From contig ML978129.1 in assembly GCA_010015805.1 (NCBI GenBank), positions 1,550,001 through 1,614,000 of the forward strand: a stretch of DNA of 64,000 bases. Reading direction: 5' to 3'. The DNA comes from Rhizodiscina lignyota. Taxonomy: Eukaryota. Positions 48,742 through 61,933 of this stretch are shown here, one piece after another; positions within the stretch are counted from its first letter, which is position 1, and every line of letters begins with the position of its first letter. The notes beneath the pieces were generated by a model. The model saw only the letters and a program-made list of their open reading frames with translations, made no database searches and was not told the DNA's origin. The translations under genes were made by a program, and so were the position numbers.

Positions 48742-51700
48742 TACGACAGAACGCGAATAGTCAAATCTCACAGTGTTTATGGAATCGCTGTACGGAGAAA
48801 AGTCGATGAAGGCGCCCGGAATCGCTTCGATCACTGAGCATAAAAACCGGCGTCTTTGTCAGAAGCTCTGGCGGCCAAACTCAAACCATCTCGGTAGAAC
48901 TTTTGCTGGGCACAACGGCAGTGCAGGGAATATTCCTTAGACTTAATTTGATTTTACCATCAAGATGCATATCTGATTCAGGACATGGGAACATATGATG
49001 ACGGTAGCAGTCGCAGCCGTCCGATGCACTCTCCTAGCTGTGCGAAGGTTGGGTTCAACTGCGATCGGACTCCGCTCATGTAGCTTCGGCAGACTTAAGG
49101 AAATTGGAAATCTTAAAAAAATCCTTTCTTCAATTGAGCTTGCACTATATTTAAGTTTAAGCTATTTTCGCCTCTTCACCTTCCGCAAATGCGCGCTGTA
49201 CGTGGAAGGATTCCTATCATTGAAACCTCCCAAGTCAAACAGCAGACTTTACTGAAATGCGGAAAGTTAGGTTTACTTATAATCAGAAGCTGCTCATCTC
49301 GCTTGCACAGACTTGTGCACATTTCCGATTGAGACTACTTCACTTTCTTCTCAACTCCCGTTGTAAGTGGGAAGGCACGCAATACTATCAGCCTTACATT
49401 GTTTGAGTAAAGTTCCATTGCACACGTATACTGCCTCGGCGGCTTCACCTTGTTCGACAAAATTCGCGCTGTCCTTAGAGTCATTCTAGTTTAGATGCCT
49501 TACTTTCTTCGACGAGGCTCACACCATATTCAGAGGCATGCATGATGTTAGGATTTGTAATTCGAACACCCAACCCCGTCAGTGTGCATGGGCTCCGTTG
49601 AGTCAAAATGCCGACTACAGTCATTTCGTTTGCGCGGACCTATGAAGACTGCAGGCCTTGGAAGCCTTACTTTCTGCAACCGGAACTTTACTTTGCACGA
49701 GGTATACTTCTTAAGCACCTCTCAATGTCAGGAGACAAGACTCATCTATTTGCGGAGGTTGTGATCAGTCCGGAAGATTCGCTCAGCCGGGCAGCTCTCC
49801 GAGTGCCGAAAATACGGTCATGATCGGGCGTCTCATATATCCAAGATCTAGGCAGCAATGTTTTGTCCTTTGCGAGTGCTATCCCAGGATGATGTACCAA
49901 TAAGCGCGATGAATCCCAAGGAAATGCGCAATAGACAATAGGGCTGAGACAGGTAAGGTCAAAATAAACTATGAGGGCGTCAAGGAAATCATGCGCCTCA
50001 TTTCTGGAAAATTGGTCTCGAGCACTCGGGAGGCTTGAGCATCGGGACAGGAAGCCACTCGCCCGGTTGGGCATCAATGTACGAAAGTGACGAATCTGCC
50101 ATCCCTGTCGCGAATCCTTGAGGAATAGAATAGATTCATAACACTGCGCGATCGGGACCTGGAAGGCTATCGTTTCGAACGCAGTTCTCCAAAAGGCACG
50201 GAAGCCTCATTACTGGCGATACGAACGTATCTGTCTTACTATAGTCAGACTGTGGGCAGTGGCACATGACTGGACGAAAACGGAAGACGACTCGAAGCTG
50301 ATGTCCAAACAAGAACAGGGTAGAACTCGAATGAGAAGAAATGGTGAGAGAAAGCATGCGGAGGACGCGCATGCATCACATTGTCATGCAGAAGGAGCTG
50401 CTGCAGAACTAGCTGCCGCGAAGCCGCTGTCATCTGGCCCTGGTTCAGTAAACGGTAGAGTAGCTGTCTTCTCTATGCTCGCCTCACCTTTCTTGGGCAT
50501 GATCGGCCCTGGAAAATAGCTGAGCAGCCCAAGAAGCCACTGAAGCCTCAGAATCGAATATCAGAGTTCATCGCAAAATAGCGCACTATCGCTTTTTTCG
50601 ACAATGACAGGCGCATTGCGAATATTGAGTCAAACGACCGATGTCTTCTTACGCGAGCAATGCCAGTAATAATGCGAGTACGAATGTCTTGCTGCGGACC
50701 GCGATACTGGGGCCTTCCAGAGCGGGCCGCGATGAGCCTTGTATTTGGAAGTACTGTCAGCGTTAGTGTCCTTGGTTCTCTCGTCGGAACGATCTCCAGC
50801 GTCATGTCGGATATGTCAATATTGACGATTTCCAGGGTGGCTGGGGATGAGTCTGGCCGTGTAAGCCAATGGATAGTCCCGTTTCCGAGGTATTTGGGGC
50901 ATTTGCTTGGAAAGCGAGCGCCGTCATTTGCTGCGACTCAGCGATTTCTTGGTAATTACTCCGTGCTTGGATGTCCGGTGTACCTCTAATGTGCGCTCGA
51001 TCGAGAACGTGAGTCGTACATTTCATTGTAATACAGCATATGTTCGCAGCCTCGAGCAGCCCAGAGGCGGAAATGGCTCTCAACCCAAACAGTGAGGCAT
51101 TTCCCAGATGCTGCAGTGGATGAGGCTCAGCCGGCACCTTGTGATACTCTGAATGCGGCGCACTGCATGCTGAGGCACTCTAAATGTCGTCAGAAGATTC
51201 GACATCTGTGTCGTGCGACGGCTACAACAATATTTGCAGCACGTTGCTTGATATGCTTTCGTATTCCCCCACTCGCTGTCTCATGACGGCAGGCGGATAG
51301 GGCCGCATGACAAGATCAAGTGTAGAGCGAGAGATGGCACGCTTCTCTGCCAGGCTCGCACCCCGGAAGGAAACATCGGCAGGGCGGAGCTGGGAGCTTA
51401 CGCGTGGTACAATTGGAGGAATGGAGGAGATGGTGAAACAGCGTGTCGGAAGGCGATCGCGATGCGGCTCCACGGTGTCGGCCGGCAGCAGTCTCGCAGC
51501 TGGCCGCAAGAGCAGAATAGAGGCCGGTGCAAATCCATACTGTATCGCGCGTGCTTGAGGCTATTGAAGCAACTGAGCGGCGGCGAGACGCGTGCGAACG
51601 AATGAAGACACAGCGAGCGCGTCCAATCGGGCGATGCTCAGTTGGGCCTAGGGCAGGCGCACGGCGGCGGGAGAGAAGGGCCGCTTCGTCTCGAAGGCCC

Positions 51701-52693
51701 GTCCCTTTGCTGCTGCGCACGCCTTCTGCTGGTCATCCACAGGTGACACCCAGCACACCCCAACGCAACGCAACCAGGAAGAGCCGATCGACCAACTGCG
51801 ACGCGCTGCTTCGTCCGGACTCAGCAGTCTGCTGCAACCGGCTCTTGTCACCGCATCTCCGGGCCGTCTGGATCTTTGGATGAAGCTTCTGCGATGATTT
51901 GGGCCGACAAACACGCTCCCTTCAGGCGGGAATCTCGTGCTGCCTCACCACCAGCCTCTTCCTGAACAGAGCATGGAAGGCTTGCCTGTTTCGCTCCGGC
52001 GTAATCGATGAGCTCTCACTCCTTCGCGGGTGCCGGGATCTCATCTCGCTCGCTCGGATTAGCAGAGAGTCAAGCAGAGCGTACCCTGGATGCGTGCATG
52101 AAGGCCCGCATTGGCGCAGCTCACAGCAGCCAGTCGTCGCAGGACGTCCGCTGTGCCAGGTGCTGCATTCCTACCCGAGCCCAGCGCCTTTCTGGGGCGT
52201 CGAATGGCGAATTCGACGCTTGTTTCGGCGCGCAGGAAATCCCACGGCGACTTGCTGACTGGGGGCAGTTGCAAGCCGAAAGAGCGTGCGTTGCTGAGTC
52301 TCGCTGAGGACAGGATGGTGTGTGGTGTGGGTGTGGTGTGCTTCGCTGCAGTGGGGGGCCCCTCCCTTTGCGCCGGGACCTCCTCCCACCCTCCGCCTCT
52401 ATCGATTACAATATGAAGCGGCAAGCATCTCCCAGCTCTACTTTTCCTGAACCTCGCCACTCTGTCCATTCCGTCCAACTTCTTCTGCCGATCCAGGACG
52501 GCTCTCCCGCCGTCTTTCATATACCAGATCGCTCCTCGGTATATCTGGCGATTGCTATAACCCGCCCACACCTGATCTGTTTTCCTGCGGCTCCGTCCGC
52601 TTGGCCCGATCCGGCTCTGCCACACCGCCTGGCGATTCAACAGCCGACACCGGCCTCACATTCACAATATTAGGAGGCCTCCGTTGCCAAATC

Positions 52694-54843
52694 ATGGCTT
52701 TCCAGGCCAATCTGGACTACAAGAACGCACCTGGCTCGCGTCTAGCTCTGAATCATCAACAGCATCACCAGAAACCACCGCAGCCTGGAGCTTTGCTGGT
52801 CAGCGACATTGACGCACTCGACGACTCAATTTTGGACTCTGCCATGATTTCGCCGGCGAGCGCTGGTGACAGGAGGGACTCCTTTGCCAACAGCACAGCT
52901 CTGTTCTCACCGCAGAGCACCAATTGGGAGGATTTCTCCGCTCCACCGATGGATCGTACCCAGAGCTTGTCGAATAATCCATTCTTCGAGCAGAACAACA
53001 ATCCATACACACGCCTGGAGAGGCCTCATATTGCGACCTACAGTCAGCAACCGTCTTCAACATGGCCTCTCGTTGATCGCACAGCCGATTCTCGGACGCC
53101 ATTCGGGCATCAGGCACATGACGCATATGCCAGTGAGTTTGAGCCAGCGCAACCCTACATGGGAAATGGCTCGAGCGCGACGTACAATGGACTGCCAAAT
53201 ATGCCGAGCAATGTCAGGCCCAGCTCAGTGTTCCCGCCAAATACTCAAGGCATTGACACGCCTAATGCTCTCTCACCTGCACCCGGAGACAAGTGGATGC
53301 AATTCAGCGACATTGAACGACAACCAATACCAAAAAGGATGAGACAGAACAGTCCACCGCGCCCCTTCTCACCTTCCTTTCCAAGGATGCGTGGTGATGG
53401 GATCCGTAAGAAGAATGCTCGGTTCGAGATCCCTCCTGAACGGAACCTCAATACCATCGATAAGATGATCTCGGAAGCCACCAATGATGATGAGATCAAG
53501 GAACTCAAGCAACAGAAGCGACTCTTAAGGAATCGACAGGCAGCGTATGTCTTCCTCTCAGCACACAAGGCCATCCATCCTCGAGGCTCCACATTTGGTA
53601 TACCGATCCACGTTGGCTAACTTCTCCTCACAGACTTGATTCCCGACAGCGAAAGAAGAAGCATACTGAAGAGCTCGAAAAGGAGAAGCAAGGGTGGCAA
53701 GAGCGCATGGCAATGCTCGAGGAAGAGGTCACTAACTTGCGCCTTCAAGCGGACGCTTTCACAATGGAGCGACGTGATTGGGAACAACAGATGATTCAGT
53801 CGCAGGATCAAATCAGAGCTCTGATGTACGAGAAGGAGGATATGGTCGTCGAGCATACTCGTGAGACGGGTGAACTTCGAAAGAAGGTTAATGTGCTCAC
53901 GGAGAAGCTCAACGCGAGAGCCTCTGCTCCTGCCACCGTCACACCGAACTCGACCGACTTCGCTGACTTTGCTACCGAGATGAATGGCTTGACAATGGAC
54001 CAGGACGAGTGGAACAATTACATCTTCGTCGACAACATGTTCCAGGATCAAGATGGCGCTCCGCAACACCCACCTCAAAGCAACGCTCTCGTTGTTGCCT
54101 CAAGGCCCAAGCAACAGCAACCGATCATTGCCGACGCCGAGAAACCTGCGGCTGCTTCTGGCCTCCTGCTGATGCTGCTCCTTTGTGGTGCCTTCTTTGC
54201 TAGCAAGTCGTCTGGCACTCAAGCATTACCAAAACTTCATATGCCTGATGAGGTCCGTGCCGAAGCTGCCAACGTGCTTGACAATATCCTCAAGGAAGGC
54301 TCGCACTCCGCCGGAAACGCGCATGCAACAGCACACCATATGATCGCCTCTCAGGTTAATGCAATGGAGCCCGGGCCATCCGGTGTCGCTACCGCCGCAT
54401 GGCAGCCCAAAGCTACGTTGTCGGGTGCCGAGTTCGCATCGATATCTAACCCGTCCGGTCTCGGCATCGACGACTCCACCCTCGGGCAGATGCATCACAA
54501 TCTCGTCATGCCGACAAAGGAGCAGGAGGCTGAACAGCTGTTCGGTCTTACCCCGAATCAGTACAACAGTCTGACTACGACCGAGTTCAATCGACCCGCG
54601 TACAACATGCAAGATTCGCCGCCAGCAACCGATGAAGCCAGCACTAGTCCTACAAGTGGCAGGAAGACATTGGCTCAAGCATTGCAAAATAGGCATGACG
54701 AAGCATGGACTAATGGCAAAGCCGCTGTCTACACGAGAAGTTTGCTCGGCGAACAGATCCCTGCTGACATTGTGAGGGAGTTCCAGAGGATTGTGCAACA
54801 GAGCGGCGATGCTGGTGAACAGAATGTCAAAAGTGAGGCTTGA
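52694..54843 (+). CDS. bZIP transcription factor (resembles the Neurospora ADA-1 class) with a post-zipper hydrophobic segment
   Basis: GIRKKNARFEIPPERNL...KQQKRLLRNRQAA/LDSRQRKKKHTEELE basic region across an intron at about 53545-53633, followed by a long coiled coil. Confidence 0.88.
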
Positions 54844-56083
54844 ATGAGGAGATTACTGTGCACACACAGGGAAGCTCAAGAGACGTGTTTCTAAATTGCA
54901 CTTGGTGGTTATCAGTGTTTGCACTTTGGTGGATTCATTTTCATGTGTTTCGGGTAGGCCATCTGTTTTCTGCTATTTTGCTCGGCTTTGGATTCATTTG
55001 TCTTTTGGCCCGTGAGCAAGCGATGGGCCTGGGTATTTGTTTCGGTTCTGCTTTCACCCTGACCGACTCTGCTCGGTCTACAGAGAGTTGGTTGCATGCT
55101 TCCTGGTTAGGATTGCTTTTATTGCCTCATGTATATAATGAACAATCGGATGGGTATATGGAATCACGGATGATGGAACGGGACTGGACGGAAACGAATT
55201 GGGTATTCACTCCCGCACGGGCTACCTTTCTTAACGACATTAACACGACTACACGACTCTTCACGATCATAACACACAACGATGGCATGAACCCGGCTAT
55301 CACGTCACTATCAATCACGACCCACCTTAGACACAGCTCAACTGAGCGATGACATGACTCGAGAAAAGGAGCGAGACGATCGATGAAGCGAACGGACCAC
55401 GAGTGATCGAATCACGACCACAACTCCAACCGAGGAGTTTCTTATGTTGGAGGGAGCTTTGGGAGTTATCTGAGGTTCGGCGAGGGTCTGGCTTGCAGCT
55501 GCAGCTTCCTGCATGTGTACAATCTCATTCTCTCTTCTCTTCTTGCCAATCGGACTCGACAGAGGCGATACTTGGAGTCACAAGTGACGGGATATTCAAT
55601 TTAATTGGTATCATTACCTCATTCTACCTGCTCCTTTCTACTTGGGTCTACCGCTGCCGTCAGCGGCCGCAATTATGGAAAGAACAGCCAACCGGCTTTC
55701 CCTTGCTCGTAGACTTTGCGCTCTGCTCCAGTCACATATCGTGATCCAGCTTTTTGCAATTGAAAATCTGTGATTGATCCCTGAGGTCTACATTCTTGAG
55801 ACGGAGCTTCTGCAGTGACTTCGAGCATAGCCTCAATCGCTCTCGTGAATTGCCATCCAACCGTCTGCTGCTCGCCACCCATTTGCCCGTTTTGCCTTTT
55901 TTGCAGCCCGTCCCTGTTTTCCGAGGCCGTTTCTGCGACCGCGACGAAACATATCACAGTACTAATGCCCACGCTGGACTGACCGGTTTTGTAACCTGTA
56001 CCCGAAAACGCCGAGAATAGAATAGGCTGATGCGGAAGAAATGCAGATATCGCTACTGGCGACACTCCGTTACGAGCCCATGA

Positions 56084-58657
56084 TTATGGCTTTGGCTTAG
56101 GTGGCTCAACCTTCTTGGGCCCGCCATATTTGTCTTTCCATATCCTGTGTGTGAGATTCGCGTTAGCCATGTGAACACAACGTGACCCACGCGATCGACG
56201 GAAACAACCAGGAAACTAAAAAAGACAACAGAAGCAAGAGAGAGAGAAAAAAATTCAGATCGTTAAGCCAATAGGCACGCGCGGGTCGTGAAAGCCGTGC
56301 ACTCCCTCGTGACGGCCGGCATGATCCTCATCCACTGGGGGAGATAACGGTCCGTTCCGAGCGAAGTACAGCTGTACAGCTGTACGTCGTTGGCTGCGCA
56401 GGGCAGGCACAGAAAAGCAATATCGGCCGTACGTAGTAGAGGTCAGCTGCGAACCCTCGTGGATGTGCGTCGTCGACTCGACGCGTGAGAGGTGCTGGAG
56501 TGCGGAAAATCCCAGACCAAGCCACACGTAGATTGCCACGTCACCCCAGCCACTTGAGCCTTGCGAACTGGTTCAGCCCACGAGACCGGGACAGCGGCGC
56601 CAGCCATACGGTTGGAGGGGAGGGGGTTAGGTGAGAAGATGGTGTGGTGAGGATGATGGTGGGGGGCTGAAAATGACTGAAAACAGGTGGTGAACTCTTG
56701 GGTGGGAGAGTCAAGGAGTTGCAGAAATAGGAATAGAACGGTTAGAAAAAATGCATGACGGTACAGTAGTACGCAGTGATGAATGGAACGGCCCGCTAAG
56801 CGATGGAATGGTGCGTTGTAAAAGGTGCATTGCTGGCCAATGATTGAAGCTTGGCACCGAGGTGCTGGATCCGCGATGCGACTGGACGCTTCTTGAGTTG
56901 ATACGAGTGGATAAATTGTAAGACTGGCGGTCGCGCCGAGGAAAGGATCCAGAAAATAGGATAATGGCAACATCGTCGATGTTGGGCCGGAAAATTGGCA
57001 GTGTCCAGATTAACGTCCGCCTCGAAGGCAGGTGTCGATGCAAGTGTGTTCGGGCTCCGCATGCTGAGGCACTGTCTTTTGCACTGTCCTCCTGGAGTGC
57101 AGTGATCGAGCGATGGGGCTGCAGTATGCATGACGAACACATGCGCACGCGTGGAGATACTCAAAAAGAGGCATGCAGCAAAGGAGAAAGTGTGGACTGG
57201 CTTACCATTGATTGCCAATTGTCTTACTCCCTTTTTCTTCCGCAAGCCGCAGGTACTGCGCTGCTTTGAACTGTAAAGATGCATTGCATTAGCTTCGATT
57301 CTGTCTTTGTCTTCGTTCGGAAAGAAAATCGCCTGAGTAATTGATGCCCGACATGTGAGGCTGAAGACTCGCATGCGCGATCGAGATGTCGGCAGGGCGT
57401 CCAAGTTCCCCGATTGTTCTGAAGACATGCGACGCAATGCTCTCCACGGGGTTGTCAAACACTCATGTTTCTGAACAAGGTTTTCGAGTTGCTTCTGCAC
57501 GCAATGCTGTCGTGCCTGTTGACATCTGCTGTCGTGACGTGCAGTGAAACACCCTTGCTTTACACTCGGACAATTTCCCGCATCATCTAGTCGCGTGGAA
57601 AGAGAAATGCTTGACTTGGAGGAAGCCTGATACTCACCTTATCCTTCTTCGTCCCAAATCCTTCCAGATAGCACCACGCGACCTCATTCATGGCGTCAGT
57701 ATCGCCCAGGTTCGCCGCAGTCTCATAGTACTGCTTCGCAGCAACAGGATCTTTCTTCACTCCCCACCCGTTTCGGAAGCAATTCCCAAGTTCAAATATT
57801 GCAAGGACCAATTCGCCTTTGGCTGATCCACCTTTCTTCATACCAGCGGCGAGAGCCAGCGATTCGACCTCTGCGCTGTTCGATGCAGCGTAGGACAGAT
57901 ACGTAATAGCGAGTTGGGGGTTCGGCGTGATTCCCCATCCGTGTCGCAGTGCAAGACCGTAGAGAACCTGGCTGAGTGCGTTATTCGCGCCATTCGGATC
58001 TGCTAACTTGCCAAAGATTGCTGTTGATCGCTCTAGATTCCCCTCCTCATGTAGTCTGATCGCATCTTGTATGTCACCGTCATCTTGAGCCGCTCCGACA
58101 CTGACGCTATCAAGTCCCTCTTCGTTGTCTGAATGATTCGCACTTGCGCTTCCACTACCACGCCTGCTGTTGGGATTGCTCTGTGCCAATATTGTAGCTC
58201 GTTTCTCCCACCGTGCCTCTTTCTCCTCCTTCGTCGCCGCATCGTCTGATGGTGAAGGTGCCTCGACTTGTATATCCGGCAGACTGTCTGGCACATTCGT
58301 GCTGTGCATACTAGCCGAGTGATCCCGCCCTAAATGTAACCGTTCTGAGAGTCTGCGATCATGCTTTGGCCGCTCGTCCCGCTCAAGGTCAAGGGAGGCA
58401 CGGTTCTTGCCTGGCGAGGCATTGGTATGACGGCGGAAGCGTGAGAAGCGCTTCGATGTCGAATCGGCTGGCGGTGATGTGACTGGAGCATCTCCAGGAT
58501 ATACGGGAGGTGTGATGACTTCTTGCGTGTTCGTCGTTGTTCGCATAAAGGTGAACTCGGGGACAGAAGGAGACAATTCCGCCTCTCTTGTGGCCGGCGG
58601 CTGGTTCTGGTCCTCGTGGACCCTGTCCTTCTTCTTCAAAAGATCCTTGAGTGTCAT
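56084..58657 (-). CDS. Sel1-repeat protein (Dsf2/Nif1-like)
   Basis: AIRLHEEG, LYGLALRHGWG, ELGNCFRNGWG and YYETAANLGDTDA. The C-terminus is completed by exons 57270-57206 (FKAAQYLRLAEEKGSKTIGNQW) and 56144-56084 (IWKDKY...). Confidence 0.82.
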
Positions 58658-59935
58658 GGCTGTATCCCAAGCTCTTTGCAGCCACCTGGATTCGAGTGCG
58701 CGGCTGCCGTCCTTAGGGCGCGTTTGAGCGCGTCAATATCCAAATTATGCTATCCTGCGCGTGTTTTGATATCTTCTGAGGAATCTGGAAGAGAACACAA
58801 AAGACATTTGAAGTGTGTAAAAGCTGCGACGAGTGCGCAAATTACGGTACAGGTGGTGCGAGCCAAGAGTAAGGCTGTTGGCGCTGCGGTTGGTTACTCC
58901 GCCTCAATTTTGGTGATGATGATCATCAATTCCCACAAGTCCCTGCAGCACACCCGAACTGTTCTCTTTTTAGTAACCACGTGGTAAAGAACACTGTCAA
59001 TAAGCATAATTCCAAGAGGTAGTCCGTGATTGATGATGAAAAGCGCTGGTACGCGGTGGGGAAAGTTAAGTCCGCCGACGTCTATGGCATGTCCAAAGTC
59101 GCTCAAGTCAGGGTCGTGAATGGGTTGGCTTCTGTGTTTTGCTTGCAGGCTGGGAGCCAGTTTAACAGCTATTCTCCTTTTTCGACATTTGCGATACACT
59201 GAGGAAGGTGGGTAATAACTTGATGGTAACAGTTATCCATTCCGTGGAACACTACCGATACACTTGGTAGCCCGTACGGGCATAGTAACAATACACATTC
59301 AGGATGGGGGGCTACTTAAACTTTAGAGATAGTACAGGACTTATCAGATCCGAATTCGACTTGAAAGGAAGCGTAAATAAGCATGACTCCAGTTACGGTT
59401 GTATCAATCCAGGCTCTACCCTAGTTCTAGAACACATAGGGTGAAGTGATCCTATATGAGGAGTACAGTGGAGGTATCTGCTACTGTTGGTTCAAGTATA
59501 GATGCAGAGCAGTTCAATTAAACTTTACCCTTCCTCTCGGACAACGTCATTAAGGTGGCAACTATCACGGTGTTTAGCGCGATACGAAGGCAGAAGCTTT
59601 GCCGAGTGTGAAGCAACGAGCCGGCCTTCACTCTGTAACTTCTGTCTGCGAAGTGTACAAAGTGAAACCACTCTCGCTAAGAGACGCAGCTGATGTCGCA
59701 TCTTCTCTTGCTCTACTCGCAGGCACTGTCTAGTTCAATTTGATATAGAGCCTATTCATAGGCCGTGAAATCAGCTTTTTAACTCTTTTATTCTTGCTAT
59801 TCGTACACTCTTTTCATTATTTGAATCATTGTCGCAGTTCCCAGGGGTATCTAATCATGCCTTACAAACGGAGGAAGAGACTCGGTCGGGAAAGGGAAAG
59901 AAAACGCCGCCGAAGTGAAGCCACGCAGTATACAA

Positions 59936-61445
59936 CTACAGCGGAATGTAATCCGCGTTGCCAGCGAGATCCTGGCCGGCACCATCGACACCTTGGATCA
60001 AGATGTCCTCATCTGAGTCGATGTCCTCCGAAATATCTTCTTCGTCGCTAGACGGATCGGAGGTTCTGTCATCATTGCCCTCTGAGACTTGGGCACTTGC
60101 GGCCTTGCGAAGCTGTCCAGCGCGATCGACATGGGGGAGCTGGCAGCTCTTCTTATGGCAGGCACCTTTGTTAGCATAGTCGGGGCATTCTTTGACATGG
60201 CGCTCATCACAAGCGACACCCTTCTCGCAGTAGCCAAGGGTGGCAAACTGGCGACAGACTGGCGCGCCGGGATTGACCTTGACATGAGCATAGCGGCAGT
60301 CGTCATTAGTGCAGTTGCCACGGAGGAAATGGATGCAAGCTGGCACACGGTTGGGGGTGGGGTCATGAGACAAGTCGCAATTGTCACCATGAGGGCACGA
60401 GCCTTTCGCAAGAAAGTCCTTGCAAATGGCTACTTTGTTCGGATCATGAGTGAAGCGGCAGTTCGGGCCATTTAAGCAGGATCCTAATTCATGATGTCAG
60501 AATGCCTTCGGAATGGGAGGGCGCTTGTCCTATGTTTAAGAGGAGGAGGGTCATGGGGGAAATGGAAAAGTTACCGGTAGTCGTGAACACTGGGCAAAGC
60601 TCAGTGGATTTCGCCTTAGGCCTGCTCCAGGTTAGCTCTGGATGCTCTATAACAACCTTTTCCACCCACTTCTTTGTCTCCGCTTTCACAAGCCCAGAGC
60701 GATAGAGATTGCCGTTCTTGCTGCGATAGAATGTGACACCGGCGATGGTGTGGCCTCTTGGGACTAAGCGTATGGAGTTCGGATCGTCTAAACAGTCAGC
60801 GGAGATGTTTAAGGACAACGCAGAGGACGGACCCGATGCTCTGATGAGTTTACTCCCGCCATCTTGAACACGAAAGCGGACACCGTTGATGTTAATCTCT
60901 TGGCGCTGTTCTCGCTGATTGCCCAGATCTCCGGCGGTGTTTGCGAAGTGGTCACCAAGACTTGCCAGCTCTTTAGCATCATCAGCCTTCTTGCGAGCTG
61001 TGCGCGTCTCCTGCATGTCCTTTGTGCGCTGTTGCGTTATCTTATCGTAGACTTCAGTGTTGATCAACTGCAAGTGTCGGTCGTGTTTGGTAACCCAGCT
61101 GGGTTCTGTTTCTCCCAAATTATCTGTTTCACTAGGATCTGTAGCAAGTTCTGGATCGTTACCGGAATCGCCATTCTTCAGAACCAACGTTCTGTTGCGG
61201 AAACTAGGTTGATGATAGTGTCCGCGACCGGCTCGACGAATTCCGTACGGTGTGCCGCGTTGAGGCGCCCAGTTGCCATGGTATCCGTAAGAAGGCTGCT
61301 GCCCAGACTCTCGACGTTTGTCTTGGTTTATGCGACCTGGTGTGACGCGTCAGTTGGATGTGCTCGACTTTCCGCGAGCGGCGACCCGAAAATACTCACC
61401 GGCGAGAGAGGCGATTCGCCGTTTTAAGTCCTCGTCTTCGGACAT
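59936..61445 (-). CDS. Tandem CCCH zinc-finger protein (ZC3H3/Red5-like)
   Basis: MSEDEDLKRRIASLAG, RNRTLVL, WVTKHDRHLQLIN and FYRSKNGNLYR, followed by five C-x7/8-C-x4/5-C-x3-H fingers. Five exons. Confidence 0.85.
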
Positions 61446-61933
61446 GACTTGACGTTAGGGGAAGTTCGCTACTTGGAAGCGTAGATTAACGGTTTCAAAA
61501 ACGGTCGGAGAGGGCTGGCGCGCGACCGTTGTGCGATTGTTTCGGTGATGTTGTGGAAAGATCGAGAAACAAAGAAGGTGAAGCTCATATCGATGGCGAT
61601 GGCCTGAGAGCCGGAGATCAGCCGAGCGCTCCCAGGGTCTCCCCGGCTTCAACCTTTACCCAATACGGAAGATAGCATTTACATAAGCCATTCATTGGGC
61701 TTTTACTCCCTAGATAATTACATGTGGAGCAGTTTCAGGACAGATGAGAGCATGCCTACGTGTATTACAATGTTCTAGTTATAGTCTCACTCGGTATGGG
61801 TGTGGCCATGCAACTTAGGGGTTACTATGCAACAAAAGGCATTAAGTATGTACCATTCGCTCAGTACTGTGCTTGCTTGGATTCAGCTTCTCTTATATCT
61901 TGGACACAATTCTATGTAAGCGATATCAGAGAC

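Noticed and set aside
52317..52340. TG1-3 yeast-telomere-like tract GGTGTGTGGTGTGGGTGTGGTGTG
   Set aside because: Only 24 bp. Filamentous ascomycete telomeres are typically TTAGGG, so this is more likely a simple promoter repeat.
54840..55352. 170-aa hydrophobic ORF right after the bZIP stop
   Set aside because: It starts at a non-ATG codon overlapping the stop, and its T-rich composition fits a 3' UTR.
56255..57500. ORF-track ORFs of 94-234 aa (e.g. 56796-57500) as independent genes
   Set aside because: No recognisable domains, and they fall inside the introns of the Sel1-repeat gene.
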